From contig JAHDYR010000009.1 of assembly GCA_019828565.1 (NCBI GenBank), positions 289,647 through 353,646 of the forward strand: a stretch of DNA of 64,000 nt, in the 5' to 3' direction. The notes beneath the pieces are model-generated. The model was not told where the DNA came from and ran no database searches. It saw only the letters and a program-made list of their open reading frames with translations. Position numbers and translations under genes: made by a program. The DNA is from Carpediemonas membranifera BICM (lineage: Eukaryota > Protista > Fornicata). Numbering within the stretch: position 1 is the first letter of the stretch; each line of letters starts with the position of its first letter. This document shows positions 57,823 to 64,000 of this stretch, in pieces.

Positions 57823-59023
57823 GTTGGTGGAATTAGTACTAATGTAGCCTTATGGCTAGGGAAAGATTGTTTAATATAAGAAAACCCATGATGTGGTGAA
57901 TATGGTCAATACTATATAAATCTATGAAATGGTAATCCTATGTAACATTGGGTAAGACCCACTGCAACAATGCCCTAAAGAACGAAATTGGATTCTTCTC
58001 GTGGGGCATCGCCGAGAGGTACTCCTGGAGTGCTCTCTCGACGGCGAACGGGGTGTCAATTGTAAGAGTCTTCATTTGAATCGGCAGTATCGATACTGTG
58101 CCGTGCTAGGGCCCAGAAATATGATAAAGACTGTTTTACGAATTCCGCAGGTTAAGGGCACAGTAGTGTGTGCCGGGAATAGTGAGACGTGCTTGCTGAA
58201 GCCGTCTACTGCTGCAATGATATATTTTGACCCGTCAGCCGACTCAGGAAGTGAAGAAAGAAAGAAAATCTCGTGCCTGGTATCGGGCCCCGGTTACTTA
58301 GGCTGATCTCCCTTATTACTGGAGCCGAGTTCCCCGGGGCGCTGCCTCCTCCCTGCGATTGAACTTGTCAGCTGCGTCCAACGAGCGATTCGGTGCTACT
58401 GCTTCCGCTCACTCCCGATTTCACTTCCCCCCATAGGCCTTCGCCATCTCCGTGCGCTGAGCGCTTTCCTGTCTCCCTGTAAACCCGGCAGCTTCCAGGG
58501 AGCCTGGGGGTCTGTCCTCGGTGCTTCCACAGGCAGGTTTGTCCTGCAAGACCTTCTCTATAGCACTCCCTGATTCCCTGCAGTCCCTACGGGGTCGTTC
58601 AAGCATGGCACCCTCTCCTCTTTCCAGATTCCCTGTTCAGTGCCCCCACGACCCTGTTAAGTGGCCTACCCGTGGGCGGGGAAAGCAACTAAGTCCCTCT
58701 CATCTACCCCCTGTTAGGCGGCGTGGGTTAGGGCTAACACAGACTCTAGATCTGCAAGGCCTAGTACCCCTTATGATAGTTCTCTTGTGCTACACTTCCC
58801 AGCGTCCCTCTATCGTTCACAAGGGCGGCGGGGACGTCATGTCCCCCCGTATCCCATGCTCAGTCCCTGCAGTTTCCTTAGGTTCACCGCGAGTGGTGCA
58901 ACCATCCAATTGATGGGTTTCCTCTGTCCCTGGCCCTGCCCTCTCCCTGGGAAACATGGGGGTCTCCCCTTGATCCCAGAGTCTATGCTTCCCTGCCCCC
59001 TTTCTGGATGTGGTGTTCCTTAT

Positions 59024-59804
59024 CTATCCATCTATTCTATAGCTATCATAGACCTTTGCCAGGGCTCTCAGCCCAGCTCGCAGTCCTTCCCATATCTCTT
59101 CCGACCCTGTTAACACTAGTTGTTGCACCTCTAAGATTGGCCTCTTCTCATACCACCTCCCATTCGGGCCTCTTCTGACTTGCAATTCCCTGGTCCTCTC
59201 CTTAGCTGTCTTCCATATCTTTTCCCAGTCATCTCCTCTTTCAACCTCTGGGCACTCACACATAATGTGGGCCGCCGATCCCAGCGGCTGACCCCTTACC
59301 CACTCCCTGATTAGTGCCTGCTTCCTGGCTTGGTTTGGCTGCTCTCTCGCTATTTGCCACAGCCAGTCACACCTATGGGTTCTGAGTATGCTCACCTGTA
59401 TCCTCCCTGATAAGCTATCTGTGATGCCTACGTCCCAGCTCCCTCTTGCTCTTGGGTTGATGATTGTGCCCACTCCTTCTCTAGTACCCCTCGTCCTGGG
59501 CGTCCGGCTACTGCTCCCTGCTATGCCCAGCTGGGCATCTATTCGGCGCTGGCTTTGGGCTTCTTTCTTCCTCCTCTCGTTGTCCATAGCTAGCTCCTCC
59601 TCTGTTTCCTTCCCTGCCATTGCGTAGTCGAAGTCTATGAAGTTGTGTACCCTCGTATTCGCCGTCCTCCACGTTTCTTGGATGCATACTGCATCTGTGT
59701 CGCTCAGTTTCATCCTTATAGCCGTTGCCATTGAGGCCGTGAAGTCCTTTCCCTTCCCGATGTGTCCCTCAGTGTTCAGGGCTCGCTATCTTGATCGTTT
59801 CCAT
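59024..59804 (-). pseudogene. Internally deleted ORF2: APE endonuclease N-terminus joined to a C-terminal zinc-knuckle-like end; no RT
   Basis: METIKIAS(+1)LNTEG..DAVCIQETW..GVG..GRI (APE), followed directly by SAAHIMCECP. Confidence 0.7.
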
Positions 59805-60122
59805 TCTTGTACTCCGTCTTTCCTATCCTGCGAATTTTCGGAAATTCCCTGCAATCTGCCCTTGTCCCGTCACGGGGCCTTCGTGCCGGCTCCGGTTACC
59901 CATGGCGGGCCAACTATGGGTTACCCTGGTGACCATCCTTACCTTCGGGCAGGGATACTTAGGAGGGGGCGCATTGGCGTGACCCCCCCTTTGGCTGCCG
60001 CCACAGCCCACCGGCAGTGCATTTCAGCTAATGCCGGACCCTGGGTGGGAGCCAGGGTTGGATTAAAAGAAAAGAACTCACAACTGTCACTATCACTCTC
60101 AAAGAATACCACTTTACCCTGC

Positions 60123-63100
60123 TTAATCGGTCTCCGTTGAGTTGTCACTGTCACTGCCATCATCGCTCTGGTTCTCGGTTGCCATCCCCTGTTGTTGCTG
60201 CATGGTCTTCATCACCGTTGACACGATCTGGGCCACTAGCTCCATCTGGTTTAGCTGTCTCGGCTTGCGAGACCTCTTTGTCCGAGTCCTCTTCTTGTGG
60301 CGGACTACCCTGTGCTCCTTGCCGGTACCCTGGTTTCCCTGGGTGTCAGCCGGTGCTGGGGTTGGCGTCGCCTGCTCCTCCCTCCCTGCTGTCCCTGGCC
60401 CTGAGTGCGAGAATCAGCTTCTTGGCTTCATCAAGTTCCTTCCTGAGTTCGTCCCTCTCCGCGTCGCTGTCACTCGACTGTCTGCTTCCAGCCTCGTAAC
60501 GGGCGTCGCCGTCGAGCTTGCCCCTCTTTCCAGCCCCTGTGTAGCTCACCGCCCTGTCCTTGCCACTCCTCTTGCCGGTCCCATGAGGGGGTGAGCGGCG
60601 TCTGCTCTCTCCGGAGTCTCTGCCCTGATCGTCCCTGCGCTCTCTGTCCTCATGGTGAGGCCCGTCTTCCCAGCGTCCTCTGACCTCGCGGCGAGGCCCG
60701 TCGTCCCTGCGCTCTCTGTCCTCATGATGAGGCCTGACGTCCCTGCGCTCTCTGTCGCACCGATGGACGCCGTTGTTTCTGGGCTCTCTCTCGTCTCTGA
60801 GGGTTCCGTCGGCTCGGCGGTTGTTGGTATAGAGGTCATCTCGGCCTACTGGCCCGACCGGCGTGCCAATCATCTCGGTGAGCCGTCTGATAGATCCCTC
60901 TATGCCCATGTCCGAGTAATCGACCGTGTAGGGTCTCTCCTCCTTTCCATCTCTTGACGGGATGTACTTAACCGTCGGCCTCTGGGTGATCTTGCAGTTA
61001 TCCTCTGGCGGGATGGTCGTGGACACCATACGGGTCCCCACCTTCTTCATCCGTCCCAGTGTCGTCCCTGCCTCTCTGACCCTGATACAGCCCCAGTCTC
61101 TCGGGATGAAGGCCGCTCTGATGGTTGCGCTATACCCTGGGGGTGCCCTGACGTTCGCTATGGCTTTCTCCTCGCGTCTGACGCTCTCTGCCAGGTCGTG
61201 GACTCCCGGCTGACCCTGATGAGCAGTATCCTCCCTTGAGGGCCACCAGCTGTAGACCATCGCGATGGTGACGATGTCCTCGTCCCTAGTAACTGCCCTG
61301 CCAGCTCTTCCCTGCAACGTCAGTCTCTGAATGTGGGTCGTGTTCTCATGGATCGACCATATGGGGACTCTCGTGGTGACTCCTCTCTCCATGACCGTGG
61401 TTGGGGCCAATAGAATGCCCTTCATACCCTTAATGACCTCGCTGAATCCGAAGCCGATCCCATAGCAGTGATCGTTGTCCGGGACCACTAGGATGCGGTC
61501 GCCCTCTTCCCTGCTTAGGTCCCTGCTGTTGCCGTACGGGTGCCCTCCGAAGATGTTGAAGGTCTCACGCCTGTACGCTACTCCGTTGCCTCCGCAGAGG
61601 TCGTCTCTGATCCCTGCGTCCCTGACCGTGTCATACATGCTGTTGAAAGCGTTACCCATCGCACTCTCCAGATCCGGCGTGCTCATCTTCTTCAGCATCA
61701 TGCCCCACACCTTCGCCGCGAACAACGTTGCATCTGCCAGCGCACAATGGTAGCACCCTGCAGTGTGCCTGTGGTACGGACAGGCCCCCTTCGGGAGCTC
61801 CCTGCGCTGCCATTGGCTGGCCCATATATCTGCCATCTCCCTGTAGTTCTTGATCTCGTAGTTTGCCCTGTACTCTCTTGCCTTATCCGGGGCGAGCTCC
61901 TCGATGGCGTCGGCCAGCTCGCTATCGTCCACCAGCCTCATTCTAAAAGAAGTCCCTGGTGTCCATGTTGAGCCCGTTGACCTCGTTCGTCAGGAGGAAC
62001 TTCTCCATGTGGACGCCCTTGGCATGAAGGACTAGCTTCCAGTTCTCCCTGGTCTCTCTGTCTCTCAGCTTGGCTGCGAGCCGCGTGGCCCACTCTCTAA
62101 ATCTGCTGAAGTGCTGCTGATAGTCCATCGGCACCTCCCCTGTGTCCACTTCCACGAACGTCGCTGGGGGAATCCCCGTCACTGCCCACGTCGCGTATCT
62201 GCTCTGGTCCACCTTGTTGGCCGGCAGGTTGGGCTCATAGAAGAGGCCGTGGCCATGGCCAACGACCTCCCCCGTCTCGACGTCCACTAGCACGAGCCCC
62301 CCCTCTGTCGGCACCGCACTGATCCCTGCCCTCTCACTCCCAGGATCTCCACACTCGAAGTCGATAGAACCGAGGATGAGCTTCTTCTGACCCTGACTCT
62401 GCAATGCCTCCGGTAGGCTCCCTGCTGATGCACTTCCCTCTGATGCTCGGGGTATGCTCTCTTCTTCCTGCTGATCAAGCTCGGCTCCAAGGCCCCTTCT
62501 GGCGCTCACTCCTTCCGCTTGTGTCAACACGACCTTGGGTTTGGGGTCTTCCTCTTGGCTGGTCTGTGCGCCGCTCTCGTTGTCTGACTCTTCTTCCCTG
62601 TCCCTCTTTTGGCGGCGGCTGGTGGCATTGATCACCCTGGCCCTGACGTCAGAGAAGACGAGCTTGTTGCTGAGCGGCGTCTCCTGTCCTTGTGCCCTTA
62701 TTGCGCCTCTGCCCTCCGTGTTGACTCCTGTCTTGCACCAAGCTGCCTGCCAGACCGCCGGCGCCTCCGGGGCCTGCAACCTGAGGATGTCCCTGCCTTC
62801 CTCCATGAATCTGGTGATCTGCCATGCTCTGCAATCTCTGATGTCGATGAGGACCTTGTAGGTGCCATCTTCCTGCTCCATAGCGATCCTGGTGACCAGG
62901 CCCTGGTTAGTGGGGTCCCACACCTCCTCTCCTGCGATGGCCTCGACGGCTTTCTCATCTCCATACCCTGATGTGAGCGTGAATGTGCCCGTCTCTCTGC
63001 CCTCAATGCTGTCTCTCTCACTGTCCCACTCGATGTTGCTCTGTTCTCTCGGTTGGAGGATGGCCTCTTCGATCTTGTGGTCGGAAGGCCACTTGCTCAT

Positions 63101-63478
63101 GTCCCTGTGCCCTGGTTGGATGGTGACGTTCTCCTTGGCCTCTGCTAGGCGCCGTTCTTCGTCCTCTCTCGGGTCTAAGGCCTCTGTCATTGCGTAGAAG
63201 ATGTCTCGAAGCCCTAGGATTCCGTTGGGGTTACGGAGGATCTCGTCTCTGTTGTTGGTGATCCCTGCGGCACGTAGCACTCTCCTCGCATTCAGTATCA
63301 CCTCTTTTCGTGCTCTGGAGCTAGCTCTGAACGATCTCCCTGAAAAATCTTCTGCGCGACGCAGTAGTAGCGTTCTGGTGCCCTTCTCTTCCATCAAGTA
63401 GTCCGTTAGTAGCTCTCTAATCGTGTCCCACTCTTTTTGAGCGGATTCCCTGATCTTATCTGGTATCTCCACTCTCAT
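60123..63478 (-). CDS. ORF1 (~1,100 aa once two 1-nt indels are corrected) containing a Maelstrom-like DEDD/ECHC nuclease domain
   Basis: ORFs 63478-61943 and 61941-60346 join by removing one T in TTCTTTTAGAATG. Motifs IDFE, PTEGG, VTGIP, AKG..ME and CPYH..HCALAD; the coding-like tail continues to 60123 in a shifted frame. Confidence 0.7.
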
Positions 63479-64000
63479 CTGGTTGCCGACTCAGGAAGTG
63501 GGCCGAGTGTGTCAATAAAGACGACCTCGAACGGGTTGGCGGGCTGAGTGCTGTGGTATGGGACGTCCGTGTCGGCGCTGCGCCTCAGCTGACAGGTGGG
63601 GCACGCTTGGATGAACTTCTTTGCGTCTGACTGCATCCCCGACCAGTTGTGTCCACCGGCGCGGATGGCCTGTACGGTCCGCCGGATGCCATGGTGACCG
63701 ACAGCGTCGTTGTGCGCACCTTGCAGGATGTGCTGGTGGCTGTCGTCGAGCGCGGAGACCTCTGCGTCGGTCTGAGGAAGGGCGCGGGAGAGAGTGTCCA
63801 CAACGACGTTCGACGCGCCCTCAATGTGGACGATCGTGGGGTTGTAGTCGCTCAGGATCATCTTCCATCGCGCGATCTTCGCGTTCGAGGCTGACTTTCG
63901 GAACAGGTAAGTGAGGTTCCTGTGGTCCGTGAAGACCTTCCAGTCTTGTTTCAACCGTAGGATAGCGGAGAAGTCCGGACGCGTGAGTGTATATAGGATC

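Larger units (their letters stand above)
51651..57966 (-). mobile_element. E2: full-length 6.3-kb chromovirus-type Ty3/gypsy element, identical 124-bp LTRs, 4-bp TSD ACAA
   Basis: LTRs at 51651-51774 and 57843-57966; TSD at 51647-51650 and 57967-57970; PPT CTGGAGGGGCAG at 51775-51786. Confidence 0.96.
51352..58162 (-). mobile_element. E4: truncated LTR element (66-bp 5' LTR 58097-58162, gag fragment 58075-57971 plus 51650-51352), 4-bp TSD GTAG; interrupted by E2
   Basis: TSD at 51348-51351 and 58163-58166; TGTGCC..GGCACA termini. Removing E2 restores MKTLTIDTPFAVERALQEYL..FFRALSPETTEKL in frame. Confidence 0.8.
58254..63484 (-). mobile_element. APE-type non-LTR retrotransposon with RT deleted, 16-bp TSD GCCGACTCAGGAAGTG and (TTTC)n 3' tail, inserted in the E5 integrase
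   Basis: TSD at 58238-58253 and 63485-63500; the E5 integrase frame is restored on removal; minus-strand 3' end reads TTTTCTTTCTTTCTT. Confidence 0.85.
37779..64000 (-). mobile_element. E5: chromovirus LTR retrotransposon hosting four direct insertions; pol pieces 64000-63485, 58237-58163, 51347-50911, 45774-45308; putative 3' LTR 37779-37923
   Basis: Removing the inserts and one TSD copy each restores one frame: TDHRNL (RNase H), HHCC zinc finger, IDTLGPLPESA|DGSKYIIAAVDGFSKHVSLFPAHTT|DAASAAKSIYQFCGRFGVPSAIQTDHGPQY..NGIVERMN..KRKA|PTGHW..RGPF, then a chromodomain. PPT CTGGGAGGGGTAG at 37924-37936. Confidence 0.85.

Noticed and set aside
58163-58253. Possible extension of the E4 LTR up to the 16-bp repeat
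   Set aside because: This stretch translates as the E5 integrase core (DGSKYIIAAVDGFSK), and the 16-mer is the TSD of the APE element.
61935-61955. Programmed +1 frameshift at TTT-TAG in ORF1, and frameshifts in E2 pol and the RLE ORF
   Set aside because: Similar 1-nt indels recur, mostly in homopolymers, across several elements, so sequencing error or decay is more parsimonious; this cannot be resolved without reads.

Overview
Eukaryotic (protist-like) DNA in two halves. 1-36.9 kb is a compact block of about 19 housekeeping genes, all on the + strand, using the standard code and a few 28-43 nt GT-AG introns. It contains a NEK kinase, a giant acidic-repeat protein, a Rad21/Rec8 kleisin, a CDP-alcohol phosphatidyltransferase, WNK, a bromodomain protein, a SelD-DsrE/YedF fusion, SF3B4, RPN11, an RCC1-like protein, UTP21, FHIT, a GNL1/Lsg1 GTPase, an ABCB half-transporter, FPP synthase and syntaxin 16. 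Gene compactness is compatible with a free-living metamonad such as Carpediemonas, but the sequence cannot establish the organism. 36.9-64 kb is an uninterrupted nest of retroelements that I could take apart using target-site duplications (TSDs) and by restoring interrupted reading frames. It holds seven Ty3/gypsy-type LTR elements (E1-E7, four with a visible integrase chromodomain), a CRE-like RLE non-LTR element and an APE non-LTR element, nested up to five deep. Main observations: (1) all five visible 5' LTRs, from five different families, lack a tRNA primer-binding site and are followed by a different perfect 12-16 bp palindrome, suggesting tRNA-independent priming; (2) ORF1 of the APE non-LTR element encodes a Maelstrom-like DEDD/ECHC nuclease domain; (3) one chromovirus carries an antisense two-gene cassette that includes a free chromodomain-like protein. 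Many 1-nt frameshifts fall in homopolymers and are probably sequencing errors. Protein calls come from motif recognition by eye; no database was searched.
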